Assembly: GCA_035084275.1 (NCBI GenBank)
Contig: CM068752.1
Span: 2,604,001 to 2,668,000, forward strand
Reading direction: 5' to 3'
Length of the DNA stretch: 64,000 nucleotides
From: Hydrolagus colliei
Lineage: Eukaryota
Below, piece by piece: positions 24,697-38,139 of this stretch. The position numbers and the translations under genes were made by a program. The notes under the pieces were generated by a model that saw only the letters and a program-made list of their open reading frames with translations, had not been told where the DNA came from and searched no databases. Position 1 is the stretch's first letter; every line of letters begins with the position of its first letter.

Positions 24697-24875
24697 CAAT
24701 AATAATCCCTGTATTTGATACAACGCCTCTCACGTCTTTGTGACGTCTCAAAGTGCTTCATAGAATATTCTGTAAATTGAGTTGTCTGTATATTTTGTGG
24801 GCAAAACTCAGCAGCCAATTGAGCACAGCAATGTCCCACAGTCGTGGATTGAAGTGACCCAATTTATTATTATAT
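24697..24875 (-). mobile_element. SINE 3' half
   Basis: Dominant SINE reversed. Confidence 0.75.
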
Positions 24876-25176
24876 TGTAACATGTGAATACAAGAAATTA
24901 AATACATACGCATCACATTTCAGCTTTAAACTCTTAATTGTATGCATGTTGACTTAACGGGTTGAGTTGAGATTCGTATCTTTGTAAACATTACAGAGAG
25001 ACCGATGTGAATGTGCTGTCTTATTTAGAACAGTGAACTGGACATTAAGTATAAATATTAGAAAGTATCCTTTTTTAAAATACATTGACATTGCCAAGTT
25101 GCTTATACGGTCACATTTGTATGTTTTGTAATCAATTATCAGATATTCACTCATAACAGTCTATCCTGTTTATATA

Positions 25177-25334
25177 CAGTAAAAACTGTTTATCCGGCTT
25201 TTTTTTCAATGCATTTTTACGGATAAATTCCAGTTAATCGAATGTGGGCCTTTTTTTTGCGTTGCCGTTTTTTTGCATTGCCGGTTATACAGAAGTTACG
25301 GTTGATGGGGTGCCGGATAAACAGGCTTTTACTG
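25177..25334. mobile_element. Tigger/pogo-like MITE
   Basis: TIRs CAGTAAAAACTGTTTATCCGGC ... GCCGGATAAACAGGCTTTTACTG, left flank TA. Confidence 0.75.
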
Positions 25335-25552
25335 AATACGTGTATATATATATATATATGCCACGTTTCACCCACAATATATAGTCAATTTACTTTAGAG
25401 TATTTTCTGTGAAGCGCTTTGAGAATTCTAGAAGATGTGAAAAGCACTATATCAAAATGCAAGGATGAATATTACCGCGAAATGTTCATAGCGAAATGTT
25501 TATATTTAATCTTTAGGATATTTTATGCTTGTTTTCCACTCTTCCAACACAG

Positions 25553-25950
25553 GAGCCCTTACCGAGTGTTACGATGAGCTGGGGAATAGGTATCAGCTTC
25601 CAGTCTACTGCCTGGCACCTCCAATCAACATGATTGAAGAGAAAAGTGACTTAGAGACACTAGACATCCCTGAACCACCTCCCAATTCTGGACACGAATG
25701 TCAGCTCAGGCTGCGTCTCTCTACGGGCAAGGACCTGAAGCTTGCCGTCCGCAGCACGGACACGGTTTATCATATGAAACGGCGTTTGCACACAGCGGAG
25801 GGAGTAGAGCCCTCCAGCCAGCGATGGTTCTTTTCTGGCCGACCTCTGACAGACAAAATGAAATTAGAGGAACTGAAAATTCCTAAGGACTATGTGGTGC
25901 AGGTCATCATCAGTCAGCCTCTGCAGACTCCAACCCCTGTGGAAAACTGA
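25553..25950 (+). CDS. UBTD2: Ubiquitin domain-containing protein 2, coding exon 3 (ubiquitin-like domain)
   Basis: [57 protein letters not shown]; CDS 70+237+398=705 nt, 234 aa. Confidence 0.97.
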
Positions 25951-27786
25951 CTATCCTTTTCTGACCCCTTTCTCCCTCCCTTTCTCCCTCCCTCTTTCTC
26001 TCTTCCCTCCCTCCCTCATTTGGCTTTTTTTTACCCTTTCTACACAAAAACTTGAGCATTGAGTATGACGTCCCATCTGTGATGAGGACTTCTGCAATGG
26101 CGATCTTGTGGATTCATTTTAAGTGTAGAGCAAACCAATCTCTAGCCAGAGAGCGACTCAGGGGAGGCTGAAGTTCATTCTGATCCTTCAATGGGATGCA
26201 TTACGTTGAACATTTCAGATTTCTTTTGTGACGACTGAAAGTGTTTCCTTAAGTCAGTAAGTTGCAGGTAGTCCTTTATTTGCTTATCTCGTCCACCTTC
26301 TTTCAATTTAGGGACATAGGCATGTCCATGGAAACGTTTTTTTTTAATAGAACGTGTGACTTTACTATTTTAGCTGTGTTCAGTTGTGAAAAGGATCCTT
26401 ACTTTTAACAATATTTTGTAGACATTTTAAGCAGCAGTTAGAATCGTCTGTGAGACTGAACCACTTGGAAGTTTTTTTCCTGCAAAGTTTTCAATTATTA
26501 TTGGTGAAATACAGTGTTACTTTCAGCAGGCGTACACGGGGGAAACTGAGCTTCTTTATTCATAAAATACTAACGTTCGAAAATTTAGAATACAGCATAA
26601 TGTATGAATCTCTACTAGAATAACCTGTTAATAAAATAAATTTAAATCACCTATAGGATCTAGGTGCATGGTGCTAGAAGCTTCTTTTACCCTAGAATAA
26701 TAGATGAGCAATGGTTACTAGTTTAAATTGACAGAAATTAATTCCTTAGATTTTAAAATTCTCAATGGAAGCACTAAGTGGAATGTCTTAACACTCTCAC
26801 AGTATTTACATTTCAGGAGAAAATGTCAAAATGCTTGCTCAAATGGACCTGGTTATTAAATAGGTCTGTCAGTGAGAGCCATTCTCAAACATTATGCAGA
26901 TGCTTGTAGAGTTTGCTTTTGCTACACATCAGAAAAACATCAATTTGAATGTTTAACATTATTTCAGCTAGTCTGCTTTTTCCACTAATTTTATTAACAA
27001 TCATTCGTTCCGTACAGTGAAAGGAAAGGTTTGTCTGAAGTGCTGCACAGTTCACTTTCCCATTTAAGTTCCTTTTTTTCAATCGACAGTATATAAAAGT
27101 ACCTGAATATCCTGCCTCTTGCACAGGACAGTCTGGTTAGATGTTTGTTACCCACATTTTTACAGTGTTAAAAGATTGTTAGCCAAATCCCTGGTGACCA
27201 ATCCTAAAAGGTTCAGTCTTACTGACTTAAACTGCTGCTAAAAAGGTTTGTGCAGTAACCATGCCAGCTTTTCTTTGCAATATTTATTCATTTGATTTTT
27301 ATGATATTTAGCATTGTGCGTTTGATAAATGAAAGAGAACACGAACAGTGATCCCAGAATAATAAAGCAGAACATTTTATTGTTGTATGTCAAAAAGATC
27401 AGTAAACATTGAAGTGCTGTAAGCATTTCTTTGACGGTTTGCTAATATTACCAGGGCTTTTGAATTGGTTTATACTCTATATCTGAGTTTCAAACAGTCT
27501 TAAAATGAATTTGAATACTGTACTGCTTTTACATTGGCCGTAATACAGGCTAGAGCTGTTTCCTCTTTAAGGCACAGCACTTTTGTATGTCTGATGGCTG
27601 TAAATTATAATTTTCACTGATGATATTGGGACAGTGTCCACTGGTAGTTTATACACTTTTGAATACAGTTTGTGCTCTAAATGTGCAGTACATGCTAACT
27701 TGTAATATCTATACATTGTAATAATTGATTTTTTTTTGTCACAGAAGACCAATGAATGTTTGGTAATGGATGCTTTATAATGGATA

Positions 27787-27796
27787 AATAAATAAA
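27787..27796 (+). terminator. Probable UBTD2 polyadenylation signal
   Basis: Overlapping AATAAA hexamers ending an approx. 1.8-kb repeat-free AT-rich 3' UTR. Confidence 0.55.
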
Positions 27797-29801
27797 CCAA
27801 AACATTGTAGCTACAGCCTTCAGTCAGTTTTCCTATTTCTACTGTTACCTATCAATGAAAAGGAAACTGAAACGGGACCGTCTTATGCAAAAAAAAACAC
27901 TCCATTATTCTGTTTCAATGAGTATATCTTGTTATAGTCTGGCAAGTTGGAATTTATCTGAACCTTACATATTTATGTGTATAATTGAACATTTACCTGA
28001 AATGAGAACAATGTTGGAAATATTAGACTGCCTTATGTATCAGTGAGGTTTTGAATAAATGCGGTACTTGTCAAACTAAAACATAATATTTGCCAGTACA
28101 TTTTTACACTTCAATCCTTAAACAATACTCCAGGATATGTGAGAACAAAAAAAAATGTTGGCTTTAACATTTGTAGCTGATGTTTTCTGCTGTTAAGATT
28201 CAAACAATTTCATTGAGCGTTTTTTTAAACGCTTGCGAGGCGAGTACTGTAACCACTAAACTACAGGACTCCCAATCGCAGTATTGATCACATCATTATA
28301 TTCTACAGATATAAGTCTGTGGGTATAACCTAAAAACTGATGTTATCAGATGATACCTTTACATTGAAAGCGAATATTAAACTTAATTTATGAATGAAAG
28401 ATTGAACCATAAAAATGAAGACCATGGTCCCTTATTTCTGATCTTGATTTACTCTAAGGCACTTTTTAACCTATTGGAATCTCAGTGCTCCCACCATGGT
28501 GTATTCAACAACAACTTGCCAGTAAAATATAGTGCCCTCCACGTAGGGTAGCGACTCAGCTTAATACTAGTGGAGCCTGACTTGAGTACAGTCAAAGAGA
28601 GAGGTTTTCAGGCAGTACTTGTAAAAAGTGGGAGAGAAGGGGGGGATTGAGAGAGAGTATTCCAGAGTTTCAGGTACTCTGATGGTGGGGCAGAGGGTAG
28701 GAGGCCGGAGCCCGGGTGGTAGAATGGGGGAGTAAGGAGGTGGGAGAGGTGTCTTCACGGATAATCTCTGTGGACGTAAGGAGATGGTGTTCATGTGGAA
28801 TAGCTTCCGGCTCGTGACTCGCCCGCTGAAGTGAACCTGTCAACATTCAGCAGCTTGAGATACCAACCGTGAAAGATTGTGTGAATTTTACAGCGGATTT
28901 TGCAATATCTTTTAACCTTCGAGCAACCGTGATTAACTTTCTATACAAACCAACATTGTTTAAGCCAAGTTGCTTGAAGGAAAGCAATGCCCATGTGCGT
29001 TTTAAAAGAAGTTATTTTTAGACAGAGTGATAGTAAGATGTGATTTCCCCAGAGAATATGAAATAGTTTTAGTCAAAAATATAATAATGCTGCAATGTCA
29101 TAATGTTTCCAAATCCCCCAAAATACATTATTGTAATAGTTGGGGGGCAAAGTGATTGTTGACTGTTACTTTAAAACTGTTAAATCACATTTGCAACCTG
29201 CCATATTTTGAAGAATAAAATGTTTCAAAGAAAGAGTGTCTCATTGATTCAAACAGCTAAATCTATTGGCATACAGTAGCTTCATATTAGTCAGCAGTTT
29301 CTCCATCTAAAACGATTGCATTTCCAAGAAGCACAAGGTTAAAGTTTGCTGTATTCCTGTTCATAGATTACGTGCCTTTTCAAGTCACACTGTAGCAAGT
29401 GCATCCCTTGCACTGTTTGACGAGATAAATGTACAGTACATGGTAATCTCATATTGTAGTTGCGTTAGAGGAGATATGGGATATGAAGAGATAAAGCTGG
29501 GATCATTAACAAGATCTTAGTGATTCAGGGGATCAGAAAACACATCTAAAATCTGACCACTGTCTAGTGAGCCTTGTTAAAGCAAAGTACAGGAACACTC
29601 ACAACAAACATTTACTGGAGGCCAAAATGTTTTTTTTTAAAAAAAGGGAACATACGGACACAAGCGGTAGGATTTTGCTTTAAGAAGTTAAATATCAATT
29701 AAGAAAGAGGCAAAGTAAAGAAACAGTAAGTATAAAAGGATCCTGGATGGAGTGGAGGCATGGGGTGGGAACCAGGGTATGGGTTTATAGTTGGAAGTCT
29801 G

Positions 29802-30118
29802 GAGCTCCTGTAGCTCAGTGGTGAGATCACTCGCCTTACAAGTGGGAGACCTGTGTTTGAATCCAGGCAGATCGGGGCGAACCTTTGGGGAAGTTTCCTT
29901 ACTCCGCACGCCTGATAATAATCCGTCGAAAAAAAATCACAATAATAAAAATTGGTCATTTCAATCCTCGACTGTTTGTGGGACGCTGCTGTGTGCAATT
30001 GGCTGCCGCGTTTCGCCCACGAATATGCAGTCAATTCACTTTACAGTATATTCTGAGAAGCGCTTTGAAATGTCGATAAGATGTGAAAAGCTCCATATCA
30101 AATGCAAGGATTATTATT
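29802..30118 (+). mobile_element. Full-length tRNA-derived SINE
   Basis: GAGCTCCTGTAGCTCAGTGG head to GGATTATTATT tail. Confidence 0.9.
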
Positions 30119-30730
30119 AAGTCATACATGGTTGAGTCATTGGGCAAATTACACAATTTGATAAGAACGGGGGGCTTATTCATATGTTTATTCAAGAGTG
30201 CCTGAACTGAAGCAGCTTCTGAGCAAGATGCAACCTGTTTGATTTCGCAGTCGACACGAAGCGCAGTCGTTGTCTGGTTATAGTTTCATTAAATCTATGT
30301 TTTGCTGCTGCTGGCAGAACGGTGCCTGCTTTTACTGCTTGACATCACAGGTAAAACAAAGGCTTTTTTCAATCTTAACCTGGTTCTGTAATAAGATGGA
30401 GGCATTTTGTCTCCAGAGATAATCTGGAAGATGTTACCTCACCCTCACCCCCCCTACCCCCCACTTACACAGTTGTACTGACTTTCTGCTAAATATCCTC
30501 CCTCGGCTGTCTTGTTTAGCTTTGAGGTTCATCTTTCATCTGTCTGGTTCATCTTGGAGGTGATGGGTGGACTGGGGCATGAGAGGACAGGGGAACCCAT
30601 CCCAGGACATATGTGTGTGTGTGTGTGCGTTATTACCTGAGGAAGTGAGTCATGAAATTGTTCCCGATAAAAATCCTTTGTAAATGGGAATTGGGCCAGG
30701 CGATTGACTCAGGAGGAGGTGGAAAGTAAC

Positions 30731-30736
30731 TTTATT
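30731..30736 (-). terminator. Probable EFCAB9 polyadenylation signal
   Basis: AATAAA on minus about 200 nt after the stop codon. Confidence 0.45.
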
Positions 30737-30942
30737 GTTCAAAGGATTGACCAAGGATATCATTAAGTACTGTATTCAGAAGACGCGCACACAATGTTTT
30801 TTTTTAATTTAACACTACAGTATAACAAACACTTCCACTGTAGGACATTTTGGCCCCTTTCTTGTGTAAAATCTGAAAGCAGGTGATGAGTAAGGCATGT
30901 GTTTTCAAAGATGTTTGAAAGATTCTCTGAATAAAATCGGTT

Positions 30943-31116
30943 TCAGTTTGATTCTGTGGTTTCCGAAGACACAGTGACCCGATGTACTTTGCGTTGATTG
31001 TCATCAGCCCTTTTCGCCTGCTTTAACCCCTGCAAGTTCCTTTTCTCTTCAATTTGACTTTCATGTTTGTCAACACAGGCCATGATAAACAGCTTGAATT
31101 CACTATAGGTTAAATG
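30943..31116 (-). CDS. EFCAB9: EF-hand calcium-binding domain protein 9, coding exon 4
   Basis: HLTYSEFKLFIMACVDKHESQIEEK..TTESN*; acceptor aaccag; compare human RLNYQEFKLYTIIYTDK. Confidence 0.85.
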   Translation of the reverse strand, partial: HLTYSEFKLFIMACVDKHESQIEEKRNLQGLKQAKRADDNQRKVHRVTVSSETTESN

Positions 31117-31200
31117 CTGGTTCACAGGAATAAACAATGAGAGAAAAAAAAAGTCAAAAATCATTCAAATAAAACTGCATTTTCTTTCACAGACAGAGAA

Positions 31201-31645
31201 CAACAACAACAAAATGACACTTGTGTAGCTCCTTTCACGTCAGGTGGATGTCCCAAGGTGCTGGACAGCCACTGTTTCAGAACCGAGCTGGGGTCGGGGA
31301 TGGGGAGGATGGAGGCAAGAGGAAGAGATTTGTGGTAACCGATGGCACCGTCGAAAAGGAGGGTCTTGAGGAAGGACTTGAAGGAGGTCAGGGAGGGGGT
31401 GAGGTGGAAGGATGGAGTTCAAGAATTTAGGGGCAGAGTGGCTGAATGCTCACCCGCCAATGGTGGGGCGAGTGGGTTGGGGGACATGGAGCAAGTGGGA
31501 GCCTGCTGAGAGTTGGTTGGGGATTAGGAGATCACAGAGGTAGTGTGGGCCGAAGCCATGGAAGGCTTTGACTGTGAGTACCCAGGATCTTGAATTGAAT
31601 CCTTTGGGTGATGGGGGCCAATGGAGTCTGGTGAGAATGGGAGAG
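31201..31645 (-). mobile_element. L2 3' fragment
   Basis: (CAA)n tail; minus strand SPILTRLHWPP..VLTVKAFHGFGPHYL. Confidence 0.85.
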
Positions 31646-31707
31646 CAGAAAGTGGTGGGGGGGTGGGTGGGGGGTGCGGATAAAAATGTCAAATTTTCCC
31701 AACTTAC

Positions 31708-31884
31708 CTCATCACCAGTTCCGGCATACTCCTGAAATAATTCGAGGTAATGTGGTCCTCTCAAGTTGAAGAGAAACCCTGAAGCACAAAATTCTGCTAT
31801 GGAGATGGTGCGACCGCCATCAATGTCAAAGAGGTCAAAAATGGGCCGGGAGTGGCGACAAAGGAACTGCTTTCCTATGCCATC
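31708..31884 (-). CDS. EFCAB9: EF-hand calcium-binding domain protein 9, coding exon 3
   Basis: DGIGKQFLCRHSRPIFDLFDIDGGRTISIAEFCASGFLFNLRGPHYLELFQEYAGTGDE; tctag acceptor, gtaagt donor; 177 nt. Confidence 0.92.
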
Positions 31885-32603
31885 CTAGACATTTCAAACA
31901 AAATAACATCTGTGTGTAGGTGTGCCAATAACTGTTAACTGTTAATCACAGAGTAATTTGATATCTAACCCAGTTATTCGAGTGATCCTGCATTCCAAAC
32001 CACTTTTTTTTTTAAACAAAAAACTCCACGCGGTCTAACATGGATTTCAATGTGCTGGTGATTACATTGCCATTTTGTTAACACTTGTCTATTGCTATTG
32101 GAAACCTGACTACAGCTCAGCTAAAGTTAATATCTCTACAAGCAATGCTTATTGAACTCTGGGCTGATTCAAATGGTGTCCCACGGCCTATTTGATTTTA
32201 ACAGCTGTCTTTAAACCTGGTCCACATATTTTTTGTGGCTGAACGTAATTTTATCGTGCTCAATAACAACAACTAATTGCATTTGTATGGCCCTGGACAG
32301 TCAGCGAGCCACGGAGGAGCTGGTGGTTGGGTCCAGAAGGGGTGGAGGGTAGGGGAGGGAGGGTGACAGAAGGCACGATCGAAGAGGAGGGTCTTGAGAT
32401 GGGTCTTGAAGGAGGCAAGGGAGGGGGAGAGATGGAGGGAACGTGGGATGAAGTTCCAGAAGCCAGGGGAAAGAGAAGGGATTGCGGTCAAACTGGGAGC
32501 TGGAGTCAAGAATGGTGGAGGGCTAACTTGTTGCTATTTCTAATATAGTAATCATACTACTGATATCTTCCTTTATTGGTCTAAATTAAACACAATACTG
32601 TAC

Positions 32604-32752
32604 CTTGTTAGCAATAATGATTGAAAGCAACATGTAAAATTCTTTAAAGCCAATTTCTCCACGACCTTCCCAATCAAACATGTCAAAAATGTGCATTATT
32701 TGGAAATCAGTCAGGTCAGTGATAGCGTGAAGAAAGTGATAAATCTGAATAT
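32604..32752 (-). CDS. EFCAB9: EF-hand calcium-binding domain protein 9, coding exon 2
   Basis: DIQIYHFLHAITDLTDFQIMHIFDMFDWEGRGEIGFKEFYMLLSIIIANK; ttacag acceptor, gtacag donor; 149 nt. Confidence 0.92.
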
Positions 32753-33317
32753 CTGTAAGGCAGAAGTAAAGGCCAGTTAATGTAATGGAAAGTGTATTGG
32801 AAAACAACAACAAAATTACATTTGTATAGCACCTTTCATGTCAGGAGGACATCCCAAGGTGCTGGACAGATACTGCTTCAGACCCCAGCTGGGGACGAGG
32901 GTAGGAGTTGCCAAAGGGTCTGAATTGGAGATAGGTCAGCTATACACAATAACATAATAAATTTCTTACACCTTCATTCTCACCCGAAGAGGATAGAGTT
33001 CAAAATACTTGTCCTTACCTTGAAGGCCCTCTTCCTTACTGCCAGGTAAACAGTCAATTCACTTTACAGTATATTCTGTGAAGCGCTTTGAGACGTCTGA
33101 AGACGTGAAAAGCACTATATCAAATTCAAGGATTATTATTATTATTGTTATTGTTCATTTATCCTTCATTGTACCTTATCCGGGACTAAAATGATGTTTG
33201 ATCAGTTCAATTTGGAAACATATACAATGTAAATCCCATCGATACATAAAGAAAATCCTGCTATAAATATATCTCGACTATTCCTCACGACCGGAAACTA
33301 ATTTACTCACGATTTTA

Positions 33318-33590
<273 letters not shown>

Positions 33591-33698
33591 TCATATGTTC
33601 CGATACAGATGATGGTGACATCGTATCCAGAGCAATCCAAATTGAATGATCGCGGCTGATTGTTTTGTCACAAATGTCTTCAGATCTTCTCATCGTGA

Positions 33699-34029
33699 AG
33701 CTCCTGTAGCTCAGTGGTTAGAGCACACTCGCCTTACAAGCGTTAAGACCTGTGTTCGAATCTAGGCAGGTCAGGGCGAAACCTTGGGCAAGTTTCCTTA
33801 CTTCACACACACGCCCTAACAATAATTTGTCCCCAAAAAACACAATAATAAAAATTGGTCACTTCAATCCACGACTGTTTGTGCGGACACTGTGCTCAAT
33901 TGGCTGCCGCGTTCTGCTCACAAATATGTCAATTCACTTTACAGTATATTCTGTGAAGCGCTTTGAGACCTCGATAAGATGTGAAAAGTGAAAAATCAAA
34001 TGCAAGGATAATTATTATTATTATTATTA
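33699..34029 (+). mobile_element. Full-length tRNA-derived SINE
   Basis: A/B boxes, body, (ATT)n tail. Confidence 0.9.
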
Positions 34030-34351
34030 CCTCTCGGACAAACAACATACAGTATTTTTAAGCGGTATTGTTTTCTTACAAAACCACATTAAATGGTTTA
34101 AAAGAAAAAAATAAATTCTCCCCTGGTAAATATATGTCTGGCAATAAGATTGCAGAACATTTCAGTTTACAGATCACAACTTCAGAGATTGGCTGCAATA
34201 TGGCCTATGGTTAGAATGTCAAATGATTACAGGTTAATTCCTGTGTGGGATTCAAGAGAAGTCATTGTTTAACTCTGTTCCTTATACCTTGAATGTTCCC
34301 TCTGTTACATTTGGCTTATTTTCAGTAAATGATTGGTGAGGAAGTGGTTGA

Positions 34352-34655
34352 AATAATAATAATCCTTGCATTTGATACAAAGCTTTACAGACGTCTCAAA
34401 GCGCTTCGCAGAATATGCTGTAAAGTGAATTGACTGTATATTTGTGGGTGAAACGTGGCAGTGAATTGCGCACAGCAGCGTCCCACAAACAGTCATGGAT
34501 TAAAATGACTAATTTTTTTATTTTTTTTTGGTGGGGGTGGGACTATTATCAGGCGTGTGAAGTTTAAAAAAAACTTGCCCAAGGTTTCGCCCCTCTGCCT
34601 GGCATCGAACCCAGGTCACTCGCCTGCAAGGAAAGAGCTCTAACGCTGAGCTGCA
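34352..34655 (-). mobile_element. tRNA-derived SINE
   Basis: Reverse copy with head and tail. Confidence 0.85.
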
Positions 34656-34681
34656 GAATAAGACTAAATCCAAAGATTGTT

Positions 34682-35045
34682 AACGACAACAAACTACATT
34701 TGTATAGCATCTTTCACATCAGGAGGATGTCCCAAGGCGCTGAGACAGTCAGCGATGCACACCCCAGCTGCTGGTTGGGATCAGGAGGGGTGGAGGATGC
34801 AGAGGATTGGGGGGAAGAGCGTGACCAAAGGCACGGTTAAAGAGTAGGGTCTTGAGATGGGTCTTGAAGGAGTCAAGTGAGGGTCTGAGATGGAGGGACT
34901 GTGGGATGGAGTTTCAGAGCATGGGGTGGCAGAGAAGCTGAAGGCCTGCCCACCAATGGTGGGGCGGGCAAGGGAAGGGGGACATGAAGCCCACTCAGCA
35001 CAGAAGGCAGGCAGGTTGGTAGGGGCTTAGGAGCTGGCAGAGGTA
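34682..35045 (-). mobile_element. L2 3' fragment
   Basis: ACAACAAACTACATTTG tail, GGATGTCCCAAGGCGCTG hairpin, purine-rich body. Confidence 0.8.
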
Positions 35046-36642
35046 GTTAGCAAATGTGTGTTAATGATTCGTATCTAGTTGGAATATTGGACACATTTCT
35101 TAACTGGTCGATCAGAAATCAACCAAGTGCACAAATGGATCCATTTCATTTAGTCAGTAGGAAAGTATTGTTCTATGTGAGTTGCTTCACTGCAGAGTTG
35201 CTGCCGAGGTCTGAAATACTTCCCCACCCCTTCAAACAGGTGCGACTGCTCATTACGTTTTAAACAAAACGTACAGTTCAAGGCATTTGTAAATTCATGC
35301 TTTGATATTATCCGTGTTTCTTTTGACGAGCATTCCTGCGTTTACAGGAATTTCAGTTCAGTATTTTAATTTTGTTGCAATCAAATCAAGAGCGGCAGAA
35401 AACCTGGCAATATGAATGCGAGTGGCCTGGGAGGTTTACTCAGGGATCATTCCTGCAATTGCACACACACACACTTCTGCAGGTTCTTACTCACTTACTG
35501 AGTAAACAGAGATGTGTGGAGTAAGGAAACTTCTCCAACGTTTCGCTCTGTCTGGGAATCAAGTCCAGATCCTTTTGCTTGCAAGACAAGTGCTCCAACC
35601 GGTAAGCTACAGGACACCACATTCAACAACAACAACTTGCATTTAAATAAAGCCCTCCACACCGGGCGGCGTCTCAAAGCGCTTCACAATGGCGAAGCCC
35701 GAGGCCGAGCCAGTGGGAGGGGGAAGGTGATTGTAAAAAAAAAAGAAGTCAAAGAGAAAAGTCAAAGAGAAAGGTGGACGAGATGCAGGGTTTGAGGGGA
35801 GGGTGTTCCAAAGTTTGCCCCTTCATTAGAGAGTTAGAATCCTTGCAGGCTGGCAGGATCAAAGCTTTCTCCCCAATAGTTTAAATCAATTGTCCAATCG
35901 CCTCTTCAGGGCTGCAAAATCACATCACACAAAAACGAATACAGGTTTAATCATAGATTGGCACAACATTGTCAGAATGATCTTGGATAAAAATATAAAA
36001 GCAACAACAGAACATCCCCCGAAAGGAGTAAATTAGGGCTGTTGTTGGATTACAGAGTTCAGAGAAGTAATCTGTCCCTACCATAGGATGTACAAAGTGC
36101 AAAAATGTTAAGCACTCCGGAACTAGAGTAACTTGCTCTGCTGCTCAGCATTCCTCGTCCATGGTATGACTGAAGCACAAATATGGTGTAACTTCTACAC
36201 AAAGGGATGGTGTTTTACATTCTTTCTACGTGTAGTCTGATGATGGGCATATGGACTCTCTGAATGGAACTTGACCAATGCAAGTGGATAGTTGCTTCCT
36301 TGCTAAATGTCTGATTTAAAACTTTCTGTCTGTTGTGAGTAGTTTCAATTGATTAAATGCAGTAACATGGTGGGTGGGTGGGTGGGGGTGATGGAGAGAC
36401 TGGATTTACTGCACATGCAACTTTTAGGGTTTAGTCTAATTCCAATCCTCTCTATTCCATTTTTGGAGATTTATTTAATAATAATTTATCGACATATAAA
36501 ATATAAGCAGATCATCTTTAGCATCAAAGTACCAGGATTCAGCAGCAAAGAGTGTAGGAATACATACTATTTAAATGTAAATATCGTTGATGTCTTCTAG
36601 ACATCTTCTAGATGTCTTCTAGACATCTCAAAGTGCTTCACA

Positions 36643-36908
36643 TAATAATAATAATCCTTGCATTTGATACAGAGCTTTTCACATCTTCTAGACGTCTCAA
36701 AACGCTTCACAAAATATACTGTAATGTGAATTGACTAAGCATTTGTGAGCAAAACGCTGCAGCCTATTGCGCTGCAGTTGAAGCGGCCGATTTATTATTT
36801 TCTTTTTTGACCCACTATTATCAAACGTGTGGAGTAAGGAAAACTTACCTAAGGTTTCGACCGGGCCGGGAATCGAACCCGGGTCTCTAGCTTGCGAGGC
36901 GAGTGCTC
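36643..36908 (-). mobile_element. tRNA-derived SINE
   Basis: GGGAATCGAACCC B-box and CTCTAACCACTGAGCTA A-box on reverse. Confidence 0.85.
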
Positions 36909-37603
36909 TAACCACTGAGCTACAAGCCTCCACCCATTCTGTTTGTGAATGGGGCGCTGGAATCCCGTGCAAACACAGTTACATATTGATCATGCCTGAG
37001 TCACAAGGCAGGAAATCTCATCAGTGTGAGTACATTATAGCAGAAATCTCAGTGAATCATTCACTTAAGTTACTCAGAGTGAGATCCCACTGATTGATAC
37101 ATGCGCTGGCAGAAGGGCAATCCCTAAATGTTCAAAGAAAACAAGTTTTGATTTGATGTTTCCTGCGCGAATCTTGTCGGTCACGCTGGTTACTCAATTG
37201 ATTGGAGTGGGAGTGGAAGGATGAGAAGGACTCGTGCAGCGAGAGGACAAATCGAGAGGAAACGAAAGTGCTCGGAAGAAAACAAACATCACAAACGGAA
37301 ACGGCCGCACCAAGAAATGGGAGGTGTGAACACTCCAGAAAAGCAAAGCAATTATTCGATGGCCGTGTTTAGTATCCGAGGGTGTGACCCATTTTAGAGG
37401 AATCTACAGCAAAACGCACATAGGGCATGTCAGCCGTGACATGTAACATTTTATATGACCTTTGCATATTTAATATATGTATAATATATTTTGCTCCACT
37501 CTCCCCGATCCCGACCCCCCAGCTCGTGTCCCAAACATTGACTGTCCAGTCGTCCTGGGACGTCCTCCCGACGCGCGAAAGGCCCTGTTGTACAATAATA
37601 ATC

Positions 37604-37605
<2 letters not shown>

Positions 37606-37655
<50 letters not shown>
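37606..37655 (+). repeat. (GA)n microsatellite
   Basis: Perfect dinucleotide run. Confidence 0.95.
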
Positions 37656-37659
<4 letters not shown>

Positions 37660-38139
37660 CGAATGAAAATCGGTCACTTCAATCCACGACCGTTTGTCCA
37701 CCGTTTGTCTTGAGACGTCCGGAAGACGTGATACGCGCTGTATCCGGTGCAAGGATTTTTATTATTATTAAGACTGTAAACGGGACTCAGTTGCAAGTAA
37801 GACTTTCGGAGATTTACGGGTCGAACAGAGAAAGAGATGGGACTTTTGCAGTTTTAATGTTGGGGGGGGGGAAAATTATATTTGGAAACTAGGGAGGGAG
37901 GGGTGGGTGGGGGGGGAATGGGTGAACGACAGGCGCTGTAGTCAATAAGCAATGGCTCTTGGCAATCGAGGCGGGCCAGGGTATTTACAGCCCTATAATT
38001 ACAGGCAGAGACAGCAGGTGTCAGTCAGTAGTTTCTCCTTCCTCCTCATCTTGCCCTGTGACTGGAGCTCACATGCTGGAGGCAGTGGATGTGACAGTAA
38101 AATCTACTTGAGTCAAACTGTGAGGTTATTGGAGTTAGT

